Positions 47,528 to 58,053 of a stretch of DNA of 64,000 nucleotides are shown here, one piece after another. The DNA comes from Acidimicrobiia bacterium. GTDB taxonomy: Bacteria; Actinomycetota; Acidimicrobiia; IMCC26256; JACDBD01. Under the pieces are notes generated by a model. The model did not search any database. It had not been told where the DNA came from and saw only the letters and a list, made by a program, of their open reading frames with translations. Position 1 is the stretch's first letter. Each line of letters begins with the position of its first letter. Both the position numbers and the translations under genes were made by a program. The stretch is taken from positions 1,748 to 65,747 of the forward strand of contig DATFXL010000053.1 of assembly GCA_035316025.1 (NCBI GenBank). Reading direction: 5' to 3'.

Positions 47528-48490
47528 GTGGCTGTCGTCACCATGAAGCAGCTGCTGGAGGCCGGCGTCCATTTCGGCCACCAGACGCGCCGTTGGAACC
47601 CGAAGATGCGTCGCTTCATCTTCGGCGAGCGCAACGGCATCTACATCATCGATCTGCAGCAGACGCTGGAGCGGATCGACTCCGCCTACCGCTTCATCCG
47701 TGGCGTCGTCGAGGACGGCGGGACGGTCCTGTTCGTCGGGACCAAGAAGCAGGCCCAGGAGCCGATCCAGGAGCAGGCCCGGCGCAGCGGCATGCCCTAC
47801 GTGAACTACCGCTGGCTGGGCGGGTCGTTGACCAACTTCCAGACCGTCCACTCGCGGGTCTCGCAGTTGCGCGAGCTCGAGCGCCTCGTACAGTCGGGCG
47901 AGACGGCGCAGATGCCCAAGAAGGAGGCGCTCAAGATCACGCGCGACCTCACCAAGCTCCAGCGCAACCTGGGCGGCATCCGCAACCTCGAGAAGCTACC
48001 GAACGTCATCTTCGTGATCGACACGAAGAAGGAGCACATCGCCGTGACCGAGGCGAACCGCCTCGGCATCCCCGTCGTCGCCATCGTCGACACCAACTGT
48101 GACCCCGACGTCATCGATTACGTGATCCCGGGGAACGACGACGCGATCCGATCCGCCGCGCTCATGAGCCGTGTGGTCGCCGACGCCGTCGACGAGGGCC
48201 GCCAGCTCGCGCAGCGCAAGGGCGTGCGTCCAGCCAAATCGGCGGAGGCGGAGAAGCCGCCGCCCGACCCCGAGGCGGAGCGGCGCAAGGCCGACGACCA
48301 GCGCCGAGCCCGCACCGAGGCGGCCAAGGCGCAGGAACAGCGCGAAGCGCGCCTGCGCGACGCCAAGCGGAAGCAGCCCCCGCCGCCCCCCGACACCGCG
48401 GGCGACGGGGCAATCGATGGTGCGCCCGATGCCGACGACGTGCCGGCCGAGGCGGCCACCACCGAGGGGGGAGGCGCGGGCAATGGCTGA
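47528..48490 (+). CDS. rpsB: 30S ribosomal protein S2 (long basic/Pro-rich C-terminal tail)
   Basis: Inner GTG 47528 of track ORF 46991..48490, with GAGGGAGAG upstream. The sequence is (M)[45 protein letters not shown]. Confidence 0.92.
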   Translation: MAVVTMKQLLEAGVHFGHQTRRWNPKMRRFIFGERNGIYIIDLQQTLERIDSAYRFIRGVVEDGGTVLFVGTKKQAQEPIQEQARRSGMPYVNYRWLGGSLTNFQTVHSRVSQLRELERLVQSGETAQMPKKEALKITRDLTKLQRNLGGIRNLEKLPNVIFVIDTKKEHIAVTEANRLGIPVVAIVDTNCDPDVIDYVIPGNDDAIRSAALMSRVVADAVDEGRQLAQRKGVRPAKSAEAEKPPPDPEAERRKADDQRRARTEAAKAQEQREARLRDAKRKQPPPPPDTAGDGAIDGAPDADDVPAEAATTEGGGAGNG

Positions 48491-49328
48491 GATCGCCGCG
48501 AAGGACATCGCGGCGCTGCGCAAGCAGACGGGCGCCGGCATGCTCGACTGCAAGAAGGCGCTCGAGGAGTGCGGCGGAGACATCGAGGGCGCCAAGGACT
48601 GGCTGCGCACGCAGGGGCTGGCCGGTGCGGCGAAGCGCGCCGGGCGGGAAGCCCAGGACGGCGCCGTCGACGTGGTCGTCGAGGGCGGCGTCGGCGCCAT
48701 CGTCGAGCTGAACTGCGAGACCGATTTCGTCGCCAAAGGCGTCGACTTCCGCGGCACCGTCACCGCGCTGACCGAGCTGGTGGCCGAGCAGGGCGACGCC
48801 GACCTCGGGATCAAGCCGTTCGAGGGCGTGACGGTCGGCGACGCCGTGAACCAGCTCGGCGCCAAGCTCGGCGAAAACGTCTCGATCGGTCGTGTCGCGC
48901 GCATCGAGTCCGGCGACGGGATCGTCGACGGGTACAAGCACATCCAGAACGAGCGGGGCACGATCGGCGTCCTGGTAGAGATCGGCGGCGTCGACGCGTC
49001 CGATGCCCGCGCCGGGGAGATCGCGCACGACGTCGCGTTGCACGTCGCGTCGGCCGCGCCGCAGTACGTGAAGAGAGAAGATGTCCCGGCCGACGTCGTC
49101 GAGAAGGAGCGAGCCGTGCTCGAGGAGTTGACCCGCAACGAGGGCAAGCCCGAGCAGGCGGTGCCGAAGATCGTGGAAGGCCGGCTCAACGGCTTCTACA
49201 AGGACACCGTCCTCGTCGAGCAGCCGTTCATCCGGGAGCCCAAGACCACCATCGGCAAGCTGCTCCGTGAGCTCGGCGATGAGGCGACGGTCCGACGATT
49301 CGTGCGGATCCAGGTCGGCGCCGAGTAA
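48483..49328 (+). CDS. tsf: translation elongation factor Ts
   Basis: Inner ATG 48483 of track ORF 48171..49328. The sequence reads [33 protein letters not shown]. Confidence 0.92.
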   Translation: MAEIAAKDIAALRKQTGAGMLDCKKALEECGGDIEGAKDWLRTQGLAGAAKRAGREAQDGAVDVVVEGGVGAIVELNCETDFVAKGVDFRGTVTALTELVAEQGDADLGIKPFEGVTVGDAVNQLGAKLGENVSIGRVARIESGDGIVDGYKHIQNERGTIGVLVEIGGVDASDARAGEIAHDVALHVASAAPQYVKREDVPADVVEKERAVLEELTRNEGKPEQAVPKIVEGRLNGFYKDTVLVEQPFIREPKTTIGKLLRELGDEATVRRFVRIQVGAE

Positions 49329-49360
49329 GCGCGCCGCGGGCTCAGGAACGAAGGAGACGC

Positions 49361-50110
49361 GTGGGGGAGGCGTCCAAGTACGACCGGGTGGTATTGAAGC
49401 TCTCGGGTGAGGTGTTCGCCGACGCCGAGACCGGTTCGGGCATCGACGCGGGTGTGGTGCAGCGCATCGCCGACGAGGTCGCGGCCGCCAACTCGGAGCT
49501 CGGGGTCGAGATCGCCGTCGTCGTGGGCGGCGGCAACATCTTCCGCGGCATGCCCGGCGCCGACCGCGGTATGGACCGCGCCCGCGCTGACTACATGGGC
49601 ATGTTGGCCACAGTGATCAACGCGCTGGCCTTGCAGGACGCGCTCGAGGGTGTCGGACAGCCCACGCGGGTCCAGACGGCCATCACCATGGCTCAGATCG
49701 CGGAGCCGTACATCCCGCGGCGAGCCATGCGCCATCTCGAGAAGGGGCGGGTCGTTGTGTTCGCCGCCGGTACGGGCAACCCGTACTTCACGACGGACAC
49801 CACGGCCGCGCTCCGGGCCGCCGAGATCGGCGCCGCCGCCATCCTCAAGGGCACGCACTCCGGCGTGGACGGCGTCTACAGCGCTGACCCGCGCCTCGAT
49901 CCCGACGCGGTGAAGTTCGAGCAGGTCACGCACTTCGAGGTGCTGAACCGGCGCCTCCAGGTGATGGACTCGACGGCAATCACCTTCTGCATGGACAACG
50001 AGCTGCCGATCATCGTCTTCGACGTCAGCGCGCCCGGGAACATCCACCGGGCGCTCGTCGGCGAGCCGATCGGAACGCTCGTCAGCACCGAGAAAGCCGA
50101 GGCGCGATGA
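49361..50110 (+). CDS. pyrH: UMP kinase
   Basis: 249 aa reading [49 protein letters not shown]. Confidence 0.92.
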   Translation: MGEASKYDRVVLKLSGEVFADAETGSGIDAGVVQRIADEVAAANSELGVEIAVVVGGGNIFRGMPGADRGMDRARADYMGMLATVINALALQDALEGVGQPTRVQTAITMAQIAEPYIPRRAMRHLEKGRVVVFAAGTGNPYFTTDTTAALRAAEIGAAAILKGTHSGVDGVYSADPRLDPDAVKFEQVTHFEVLNRRLQVMDSTAITFCMDNELPIIVFDVSAPGNIHRALVGEPIGTLVSTEKAEAR

Positions 50111-50685
50111 GTGACACCGGCGAGGAGATGCGTCAGCTCGCGTTCGAAGAGTGTCGCGACAAGATGCGCAAGGCCGTCTCGCACCTGCAAGAGGAGTTCG
50201 GGGGGATCCGCACCGGCCGCGCGACCCCCGGCCTCGTCGAGAAGCTCAAGGTCGACGCGTACGGCGCCGAGGTGCCGCTCCAGCAGCTCGCCGGCATCAG
50301 CGTGCCCGAGCCGCGCGTGCTGGTCATCTCGCCCTACGACAAGGGCTCGATCAAGGCGATCGAGAAGGCGATCCACGCCAGCGATCTCGGCATCAATCCG
50401 TCCAACGACGGGCAGCTGGTGCGGCTCGTCTTTCCGCCGCTGACCGAGGAACGGCGCCGCGACCTCGCGAAGGTCGTGCGCAACCGGGCCGAGGAAGGCC
50501 GGGTGGCGGTGCGGAACATCCGGCGCCAGACGCGCCACGACCTCGAGGCGCTCGAGAAGGACGGCGACATCTCCAAGAACGATCTCGACCGCGCCGAGAA
50601 GGATCTCGAGAAGGTCACACACGTGACGGTCGACGAGATCGACCAGATGCTCGAGCACAAGGAACACGAGCTCCTGGAGGTCTGA
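50107..50685 (+). CDS. frr: ribosome recycling factor
   Basis: 192 aa. The ATG overlaps the pyrH stop (ATGA). The sequence reads [44 protein letters not shown]. Confidence 0.92.
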   Translation: MSDTGEEMRQLAFEECRDKMRKAVSHLQEEFGGIRTGRATPGLVEKLKVDAYGAEVPLQQLAGISVPEPRVLVISPYDKGSIKAIEKAIHASDLGINPSNDGQLVRLVFPPLTEERRRDLAKVVRNRAEEGRVAVRNIRRQTRHDLEALEKDGDISKNDLDRAEKDLEKVTHVTVDEIDQMLEHKEHELLEV

Positions 50686-50779
50686 CCACGAGGCCGGCAG
50701 GGCCGAGGCCCGTGTCAGCCCTATTCGCGACCCCGGCGAGATCAGCGTCTAGCCTGGGGCTCGGACCGGAAGGGGTGCC

Positions 50780-52357
50780 GTGTCCGACTGGCGCGACGAT
50801 CACGAGTTCGATCCACTCGATTTCGACGACGAAGAGCGACCGCCGCACGGCGAATCGGAAGGCGTGCGCGTCCTCGGTCCCGACGGCGAGGCGACACGTC
50901 CCGCGCCGCGGCCGATTCCTCGTCGGGGCCGGCGTGCCGCGGACGACTCCGAGGAGTTCTGGGGGAAGCCCTTCGCCGACACCGGGGGCGGCGCCGATGC
51001 CGACGACGATGCGACCTGGTCGGCCTCGTCGCAGGGCCTGACGGAGCCCGAGTCCCGGCCCCGCACACGCCGAGGCCGGCGCGCCGCGCGTCGCAATGCC
51101 GCCGCGACGCCGCCACCCCCGTCGCGCACTCACCCGGAGCCGCCGCCCGACGTCAACGGACCGGTGCAGCTTCCGCACTGGACCGAGCCGCCCACGGGCG
51201 AGGTGCCGAGCGTGATCTCCGGCGAGCAGCCCGCCCAGCACGACGACGACCTCGAGAGCTGGAGGTCACGGAGCGGGCAGACACCGCGATACCGCACCGA
51301 CGACAGCGACTGGTCGGAGCCCGACTTCTCGAGTCCCGAGCTGCTCAAGGACGACTCCTTGGCTCTCGGCGCGTTGCGCGACCGCGATGATGACGACGAC
51401 GACGACGACGATGACGAGGCCGCGTTCGAAGCCGAGGTCGCCGCCCGCCGGCGCCGCGGGAACGGCCGGCGCCGGCCGGTGCGCCGCGGCCGCCCGCCCG
51501 GGACCCTCGAGGACGACGAGCCGACCGCACCGGTCGAGGAGCACGGCCGACCGCCCGACCTGGTGACACGGCTGCTCACGGCGGCGGCAGTCGCCGTCGT
51601 CGCGCTGATCATGCTGAAGCTGGGGCGAGGGGCGACGACGATCCTCGTGGCAGTGATCGTCGGCGCCGCCGCCTTGGAGCTGTACGAGGCGTTCCGGCGC
51701 GCCGGCTATCACCCGGCCACGGTCATCGGGCTCCTGGGGTGCGTCTCGATCGTCGGGATCGCGTACACCAACGGGCTCGACGCCTTCCCGCTCGTCACGA
51801 TCCTCGTCGTCGCGTTCACGATGCTCTGGTACATGCTCGAGGTCGTCAAAGCCCGGCCGATCGTCAACATCGCGATCACGCTGCTCGGGTTCGGGTACAT
51901 CGGGATCTTCGGCGCCTTCGCCGGGCTGCTCCTCAGCGCGCCCGACGGCACCGGCTTCATCATCGGCCTCGCGCTGTGCGCGATCGCCTACGACGTGTTC
52001 GGCTACTTCATCGGGTCTCAGTTCGGACGCAGTCGCATGTCACCGCGCCTGTCACCCAACAAGACGTGGGAGGGCCTGGTCGGCGGGATGGTTGCTGCAG
52101 TCGTGCTCGGCGGGATCGTCGGAACCCTGCTCGCGCCGTGGGACGGATCCATCAGCCATGGCCTCGCCCTCGGTCTCGTCGTCGCGATCGTCGCCCCGAT
52201 CGGCGATCTCTGCGAGTCGATGATCAAGCGCGACCTCGGCGTCAAGGACCTCGGCACGCTCCTGCCCGGTCACGGCGGCGTCCTCGACCGGTTCGACGCG
52301 ATGCTTTTCTGTCTCCCGGCCGCCTACTACCTGGCGATTCAGCTCAAGATCGTATGA
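50780..52357 (+). CDS. cdsA: phosphatidate cytidylyltransferase CdsA with a ~255-aa N-terminal charged, low-complexity extension
   Basis: 525-aa ORF. The C-terminal ~270 aa is a standard multi-pass CdsA (SPNKTWEG, GDLCESMIKRDLGVKD..PGHGGVLDRFD). The N-terminal half has coding-type GC3 bias and no stop. Confidence 0.8.
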   Translation: MSDWRDDHEFDPLDFDDEERPPHGESEGVRVLGPDGEATRPAPRPIPRRGRRAADDSEEFWGKPFADTGGGADADDDATWSASSQGLTEPESRPRTRRGRRAARRNAAATPPPPSRTHPEPPPDVNGPVQLPHWTEPPTGEVPSVISGEQPAQHDDDLESWRSRSGQTPRYRTDDSDWSEPDFSSPELLKDDSLALGALRDRDDDDDDDDDDEAAFEAEVAARRRRGNGRRRPVRRGRPPGTLEDDEPTAPVEEHGRPPDLVTRLLTAAAVAVVALIMLKLGRGATTILVAVIVGAAALELYEAFRRAGYHPATVIGLLGCVSIVGIAYTNGLDAFPLVTILVVAFTMLWYMLEVVKARPIVNIAITLLGFGYIGIFGAFAGLLLSAPDGTGFIIGLALCAIAYDVFGYFIGSQFGRSRMSPRLSPNKTWEGLVGGMVAAVVLGGIVGTLLAPWDGSISHGLALGLVVAIVAPIGDLCESMIKRDLGVKDLGTLLPGHGGVLDRFDAMLFCLPAAYYLAIQLKIV

Positions 52358-53475
52358 GCAGTCGGGCGACGAACGTCGTCCTGCTCGGATCGACCGGATC
52401 CATCGGGACCCAGGCCCTGGACGTCATCGCTTCGCATCGCGACCGCTACCGGGTCGCCGCTCTCGCCGCCGGTCGCAACGAGGAGCTGCTCTCGCGTCAG
52501 GCGGCCGATTTCGACGTGACGCCCGACCGGGTGCACCTCGGCACTGACGCCGCCGACGCGCTGGCGGCGCTCGCTTCGTTGCCCGAGGCCGACGTCGTGC
52601 TCAACGCGGTCGTCGGCTTCGCCGGTCTCCCGGCCACCCTCGCCGCGTTGGAGCACGGCAAGCGGCTCGCGCTCGCGAACAAGGAGAGCCTCATCGCGGG
52701 CGGGCCCGTCGTCGCCAAGGTGCGCGGCAAGGGCGGCGGCGAGATCGTGCCCGTGGACTCGGAGCACTCCGCCGTCTACCAGGCGCTGCGGGCCGGCGCC
52801 CGGCACGAGGTCCGGCGCATCCTGCTGACCGCCAGCGGCGGACCGTTCCGTGGCCGGTCGCGGTCCGAGCTCGAGCGGGTCACGGTGGCAGACGCGTTGC
52901 AGCACCCGACATGGAACATGGGAGCCAAGATCACGATCGACTCGTCGACGCTGATGAACAAGGGCCTCGAGGTCATCGAGGCGCACGAGCTGTTCGACGT
53001 CGATTTCGACCACGTCGACGTCGTCGTCCACCCGCAGTCCATCGTCCACGGGATGGTCGAGTTCACCGACGGCGCGACGGTGGCCCAGCTGTCCCAGCCC
53101 GACATGCGCCTTCCCATCGGCCTCGCGCTCGGAGCGCCCGACCGGCTCGACCAGCCCTTCGGCGCCCTCGACTGGGATCGACTCGGATCGCTCACCTTCG
53201 AGCGCCCCGACCTCGAGGCGTTCCCCTGCCTCGGTCTGGCGTACGCCGCCGGTCGGGCCGGGGGCGGCGCCCCTGCCACCCTCAGCGGCGCCAACGAGGT
53301 GGCGGTGGAGGCCTTCCTGGCCGGGCGGATCCCGTGGCTGGGCATCGCCGCTGTGGTCGAGGAGGTCATGCAGCGGGGTACCGGGAACGTCGGGGAGGTC
53401 GCCGACGTTCTCGAGGCTGACAGGCTGGCGCGCGAGCGCGCTCGGGACGCCGTCGAACGGAGAAGCGCCGCGTGA
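52354..53475 (+). CDS. dxr: 1-deoxy-D-xylulose-5-phosphate reductoisomerase
   Basis: Inner ATG 52354 (ATGA overlap with cdsA). The sequence reads LLGSTGSIGTQALDV..LANKESL..VDSEHSA..ASGGPFR..HPTWNMG. Confidence 0.9.
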   Translation: MSSRATNVVLLGSTGSIGTQALDVIASHRDRYRVAALAAGRNEELLSRQAADFDVTPDRVHLGTDAADALAALASLPEADVVLNAVVGFAGLPATLAALEHGKRLALANKESLIAGGPVVAKVRGKGGGEIVPVDSEHSAVYQALRAGARHEVRRILLTASGGPFRGRSRSELERVTVADALQHPTWNMGAKITIDSSTLMNKGLEVIEAHELFDVDFDHVDVVVHPQSIVHGMVEFTDGATVAQLSQPDMRLPIGLALGAPDRLDQPFGALDWDRLGSLTFERPDLEAFPCLGLAYAAGRAGGGAPATLSGANEVAVEAFLAGRIPWLGIAAVVEEVMQRGTGNVGEVADVLEADRLARERARDAVERRSAA

Positions 53476-54713
53476 AGGACCCCCTCGAGGACGCCAGCAC
53501 GGACGTCACCCGCCGGGGAGCAGGGGTCTCGCTGCTGCTGGTCCTGCTCGGCCTGATCCTTCTCGCGATCCTGCGCCCGTCGACGATCGACACGCTCGCG
53601 ATCATCTTCGGGATCGTGGCGCTGATCATGCTCCACGAAGCCGGCCACTACTTCACCGCCAAGCGGGCGGGCATGAAGGTGACCGAGTTCTTCCTCGGCT
53701 TCGGCCCCCGCGTCTGGTCGTTCCGGCGAGGCGAGACCGAGTACGGCGTGAAGGCCATTCCCGCCGGCGGCTACGTCCGCATCGCCGGCATGAGCAACCT
53801 CGAGGACATCGACCCCGACGAGGAGAAACGGACGTTCCGGCACGGCACCTTCGGCAACCGGCTCACCGTCATCCTCGCCGGCGTCTCGGTGAACCTGATC
53901 CTCGCCTTCGTCCTGATCTACGCCGCGCTGATCGGCCGCGGCCTCCCCGACACCCTCGAGGCGAAGGTCGAGCGTGTCCTGCCCGACAGCCCGGCGGCCG
54001 TGGCCGGGGTGCGCGACGGCGACCGCATCATCAGCATCGACGGGCAACGCCTCGACGTCGATCGCGACATCAGCGACGCACTACAGGACCGCGTCGGTCA
54101 GCCGACGACGATCGTCGTGAAACGCGACGGTGGCACCACTGCGCTTACCGCGGTTCCCAAGGAGCGCAGTAGCAGCGACAAGAGCGGGATCATCGGCGTA
54201 TCGATCAGCCAGAGCGTCGCGTCGTACGAGACATTCAACCCCGTGCGAGCGGTCCCGGAGTCGTTCTCGACGATGGGGCAGATGACGCGCGACACCGCCG
54301 CCGGCATCGGCCGGCTCTTCTCGCCCTCCGGCATCGAGAACTACAGCAAGAACTTCACCGGCGACGCGCCCAAGCAGGGGTCCCCGGCGTCCAACGACCG
54401 CCCGCGTTCGATCATCGGCATCGTCGACATCGGCGGTGAGCTCGTCGGCGGCAACGTGTGGAGCCTGCTCTTCCTGCTCGGAGCCATCAACCTCATCGTC
54501 GCTTTGTTCAACCTGATCCCGCTGCTGCCCTTCGACGGCGGGCATGCAGCGGTCGTGATCTACGAGCAAGTGGCGTCGAAGATCCGGGGGCGCGTGGTGC
54601 GGGTCGACTTCCGCAAGCTCGTGCCGGTGACGGCGCTGGTGCTCGTCGTCTTCCTGACCCTCGGCCTGTCGGCGATGTTCCTCGACCTTCGCCAGATCTT
54701 CACCGGGTCCTGA
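53472..54713 (+). CDS. rseP: M50 family site-2 (RIP) metalloprotease RseP/Rip1
   Basis: 413 aa. The GTG overlaps the dxr stop (GTGA). It has a HEAGHY zinc motif, a PDZ segment (VLPDSPAAVAGVRDGDRIISIDG) and NLIPLLPFDGGH. Confidence 0.85.
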   Translation: MKDPLEDASTDVTRRGAGVSLLLVLLGLILLAILRPSTIDTLAIIFGIVALIMLHEAGHYFTAKRAGMKVTEFFLGFGPRVWSFRRGETEYGVKAIPAGGYVRIAGMSNLEDIDPDEEKRTFRHGTFGNRLTVILAGVSVNLILAFVLIYAALIGRGLPDTLEAKVERVLPDSPAAVAGVRDGDRIISIDGQRLDVDRDISDALQDRVGQPTTIVVKRDGGTTALTAVPKERSSSDKSGIIGVSISQSVASYETFNPVRAVPESFSTMGQMTRDTAAGIGRLFSPSGIENYSKNFTGDAPKQGSPASNDRPRSIIGIVDIGGELVGGNVWSLLFLLGAINLIVALFNLIPLLPFDGGHAAVVIYEQVASKIRGRVVRVDFRKLVPVTALVLVVFLTLGLSAMFLDLRQIFTGS

Positions 54714-54773
54714 CCGGATCCGCCGTCGCGCGCTTCGTCGTGCCTCCGGCCCGCCCGTAGGCTGGATGCCGCC

Positions 54774-55979
54774 ATGCACCAGCGGAAGATGACCCGCCAG
54801 ATCCGTGTCGGCGATGTGCCCGTCGGCGGAGGCGCGCCGGTGTCGGTGCAGTCCATGACGACCACGAAGACGGCCGACGTCGACGGCACGCTCAGCCAGG
54901 TGTACGCGCTCGCCGCCGCCGGCGCCGACATCGTGCGCTGCACGTGCAACGAAGAGGAGGCCGCCGAAGGCCTCGCCCAGATCGTCCCGCGGTCGCCGGT
55001 CCCGCTCGTCGCCGACATCCACTTCCAGTACAAGTTGGCGCTGGCGGCCATGGAGGCCGGCGTGCACGCGCTGCGGCTCAACCCCGGCAACATCCGCAAG
55101 CCCGACCAGATCAAGACGGTCGCCCGCGAGGCGAAGGACCGTGGGCTTCCGATCCGCATCGGCGTGAACGCCGGCAGCCTCGACCCCGACATCGGGCAGC
55201 GGCACGGCGGCGCCACGCCGGAGGCGCTGGTCGCGTCGGCGCAACGCGAGCTCGCCTACTTTGCGGACGTCGGCTTCGAGGACGTCAAGATCTCCGTGAA
55301 GTCGTCGAACGTCCCCGTGATGATCGACGCGTACCGCCTCCTCTCCGAGACGGTCGACGATCCGCTTCACCTCGGGGTCACGGAGGCGGGCCCGCTGCCC
55401 GGCGGTCTCGTCAAATCGACGGTCGGCATCGGGACGCTGCTCGCCGAGGGGATCGGCGACACGATCCGCTTCTCGTTGACGGCCGATCCGGTCGAGGAAG
55501 CGCGCGCCGGCCGTCAGCTGCTCGAGACACTCGGTCTCCGCGAGCGCAAGGGCCTTGACCTGATCGCGTGCCCGAGCTGCGGGCGCGCCGAGGTCGACGT
55601 GATCGGGGTGGCGAACAACGCCCAGTCCGCGCTCGCCGACCGCAACATCCCGCTCCAGGTCGCAGTCATGGGCTGCGTCGTGAACGGCCCCGGCGAGGCT
55701 CGTGAGGCGGATCTCGGGATTGCCGCCGGCCGCGGCAAAGGGCACCTGTTCGTCAAGGGCAAGGTCGTGCGCGTGGTGCCCGAGGCCGACATGGTCGACG
55801 CCCTCGTGGACGAAGGCGAGCGCATCATGGCCGAGGGCATCGAAGCGCGCCTCGCCGCCGCCGACGAGGGTGCCGAAGCCGAGGCCGAGCGCACCCGCGA
55901 GCAGCTCCTCCGCATCCAGGGCACCGACGCCAACAAGTCGGACGAGAGGATCGAGAAGATCCGCGAGATCGCGGAGTAG
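54774..55979 (+). CDS. ispG: 4-hydroxy-3-methylbut-2-en-1-yl diphosphate synthase (flavodoxin)
   Basis: 401 aa reading VGGGAPVSVQSMTTT..LRLNPGNI..IRIGVNAGSL..ACPSCGR..MGCVVNGPGE. Confidence 0.92.
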   Translation: MHQRKMTRQIRVGDVPVGGGAPVSVQSMTTTKTADVDGTLSQVYALAAAGADIVRCTCNEEEAAEGLAQIVPRSPVPLVADIHFQYKLALAAMEAGVHALRLNPGNIRKPDQIKTVAREAKDRGLPIRIGVNAGSLDPDIGQRHGGATPEALVASAQRELAYFADVGFEDVKISVKSSNVPVMIDAYRLLSETVDDPLHLGVTEAGPLPGGLVKSTVGIGTLLAEGIGDTIRFSLTADPVEEARAGRQLLETLGLRERKGLDLIACPSCGRAEVDVIGVANNAQSALADRNIPLQVAVMGCVVNGPGEAREADLGIAAGRGKGHLFVKGKVVRVVPEADMVDALVDEGERIMAEGIEARLAAADEGAEAEAERTREQLLRIQGTDANKSDERIEKIREIAE

Positions 55980-56068
55980 CCGCAATCGTCCCCTCTACGC
56001 TCTCCACTCTCTCCCCGTTGGGCACGATGACGCGCTGCTTGGGCACGCTCTTGTGACAACGCGGGCGG

Positions 56069-56827
56069 CTAGCCCCGCGCCAGGACGCGCTGCTGCCACC
56101 ATTTCCGGACGCCGCGCGCCGACCCCGCGTGCAGTTGCGCGGCGCGCAGCTGATCCTCACACGTCGAGTCGAGCGGCGCGAGGTCGCCGACCACCCACGT
56201 CAGGATGTGATCGGCCAGCGCCGGGTTTCGGGGCAGCACCGGCCCATGCATGTACGTGCCGATGAGGCGTTCCCCGGCGAGCCCTTCGGTCTTGCCCCCG
56301 CTGCCGGTCCGCGCCAGCACCCGCCCCAGCGGTCGCTCGGACGGGCCGAGCGTGGTGCGGCCCCCGTGGTTCTCGAACCCGGTGAGGATCGGGAGCGGGG
56401 GATCGGGCTCGACGACGAGCTCGCCGATGAGCCGGTTGGGTCCGGCACGCGTGACGGTGTCGACGAGCCCGAGGCCGTCGATCATCGTCCCGTCGGCGGC
56501 CTCGTAGCTGTGGCCGATCAGCTGGAACCCCGCGCACACCGCCAGCACGGCGGCGCCACCGGCGCGTGCTCGGTCGATCGCGGCACGCGAGCTGCGCATG
56601 CCCGCCGACGCCATCACCTGCGGGTCGTCCTCGCCCCCGCCGAACAGATAGACGTCGAGCGAGTCGGGGATCGGGGCGCCGGCGGTGATCTCGACCAGCT
56701 CGGCCGGCTGGCCCCGCCACCGGAGTCGCTGCACGAGAACCACGGCATTACCGCGGTCGCCATACGTTCCAAGGAGCTCCGGGTACACGAGGCCGACCCG
56801 AACCGCGGACTCTCGGATCGCGCTCAT
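56069..56827 (-). CDS. gatD: lipid II isoglutaminyl synthase, glutaminase subunit GatD (CobQ-type GATase)
   Basis: 252 aa. VLAVCAGFQLIG carries the nucleophile Cys, and a C-terminal His region (TYMHGPVL) is present. It is coupled to murT by an ATGA overlap. Confidence 0.8.
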   Translation of the reverse strand: MSAIRESAVRVGLVYPELLGTYGDRGNAVVLVQRLRWRGQPAELVEITAGAPIPDSLDVYLFGGGEDDPQVMASAGMRSSRAAIDRARAGGAAVLAVCAGFQLIGHSYEAADGTMIDGLGLVDTVTRAGPNRLIGELVVEPDPPLPILTGFENHGGRTTLGPSERPLGRVLARTGSGGKTEGLAGERLIGTYMHGPVLPRNPALADHILTWVVGDLAPLDSTCEDQLRAAQLHAGSARGVRKWWQQRVLARG

Positions 56828-58053
56828 CCGTAACTCCGGTACAGCGCCGAGAACTGTGTGTAGGACGCGACGATGTCGACCTCGTCGCCGGGGAGGTTCG
56901 CCGCCGCCTCCAACGGGTCACGCGCGACGATGTGGTCGACGTCGGCGTACTTGAGCCGCACCGAGACGTCGAGGGCGCGCTCGCCGACGGCGGCGACCCG
57001 CTGGCCCTGCAGGAGCTCGTACGGCACGTCCCACAACCACGACGGGTCCTTGCCGTCGGCAACGCGGGCGTTCACGGCGATCACGACCGTGCCGTCGCGC
57101 TCCGACAGGTAATGGAGCACCTCGGACCAACCCGCCGGGTTCTTGGCCAGGAGGACGCGAGCGCGCCGGCCGTCGGGCAGCGAAACCGTCATGTACCGGC
57201 CGGCGACGGTCGTGATGGTGGCGGCCGCGTCGGCGGCGTCGCCGGGATCGACGCCGTAATGGGTCGTCGCCGCCGTCACGGCCAGCGCCGCGTTCGCCAG
57301 GTTCCAGCGGCCGGGCAGCGCGAGCCGCAGCGGCACGCGGGTGCCGTCGAGGACGAGGGTGTCACCCTCGAGCCGGTTCGGTGTCGCCGGTTGGCCGAAC
57401 CCGCACGAGGGACAGTCGAACCGGTCGGCGCTCCACTGCAGGAGCGCGGCGCAGTTCGGGCAGGTGGCGGCGTCGTTGCGCCAGCCGAGGCCGAGATCCA
57501 CCCAAGTCGTCTTCGCCGGCGCCGCCGCCCAGACCACGTGGGGGTCGGACGCGTTGGCGACGACGCGCAGGTCCGGATGCGTGTCGGCGGTGTGTCGCCA
57601 CATGTCGCCGACGGCGTGGACTTCGCCGTAACGGTCCAGCTGGTCCCGGCTGAGGTTGCCGAGCACGACCAGCTCGACGCCGAGCGGGTCGACCACCCGC
57701 GGCAGGACGCGCTCGTCGACCTCGAGCACGGCGAGGCCGGGGGAGTCGGCCTTCGCCAGGATCGGCGCGATGCCCGACGTGAGGTTGGCGCCGGTGGCGT
57801 TGCTCACGACCGGCTCGCCGGTCCGAGCGACGGCGGCCGCGAGGAACCGCGTCGTCGTGGTCTTTCCGTTCGTCGCCGAGACGAGCGCCACCCGTTGCCC
57901 CTGCGCCAGCTGCGCCAGCGCTTCCGGTGCCAGCGCGTTGATGACCCGCCCGCTGATCGTGGCCCCCTGGCCGCGGCCCGTCACGCGCGAGAGCCACCCG
58001 GCGACCTGTCCGGCCGCGATCCCGGCGCCCGTCCGCAGCGTGCGCCGGCTCAT
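56824..58053 (-). CDS. murT: lipid II isoglutaminyl synthase, Mur-ligase-type subunit MurT
   Basis: 409 aa. The Mur ligase P-loop reads VSATNGKTTTT. The MurT-specific Cys4 ribbon reads CPNCAALL..CPSCGF. A C-terminal DUF1727-like part is present. Confidence 0.8.
   Translation of the reverse strand: MSRRTLRTGAGIAAGQVAGWLSRVTGRGQGATISGRVINALAPEALAQLAQGQRVALVSATNGKTTTTRFLAAAVARTGEPVVSNATGANLTSGIAPILAKADSPGLAVLEVDERVLPRVVDPLGVELVVLGNLSRDQLDRYGEVHAVGDMWRHTADTHPDLRVVANASDPHVVWAAAPAKTTWVDLGLGWRNDAATCPNCAALLQWSADRFDCPSCGFGQPATPNRLEGDTLVLDGTRVPLRLALPGRWNLANAALAVTAATTHYGVDPGDAADAAATITTVAGRYMTVSLPDGRRARVLLAKNPAGWSEVLHYLSERDGTVVIAVNARVADGKDPSWLWDVPYELLQGQRVAAVGERALDVSVRLKYADVDHIVARDPLEAAANLPGDEVDIVASYTQFSALYRSYG

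Noticed and set aside
51386-51412. The (GAY)9 run in cdsA as a slippage-prone microsatellite or phase-variation switch.
   Set aside because: The run mixes GAT and GAC codons, so it is not a perfect trinucleotide repeat. Changes in triplet number would stay in frame.
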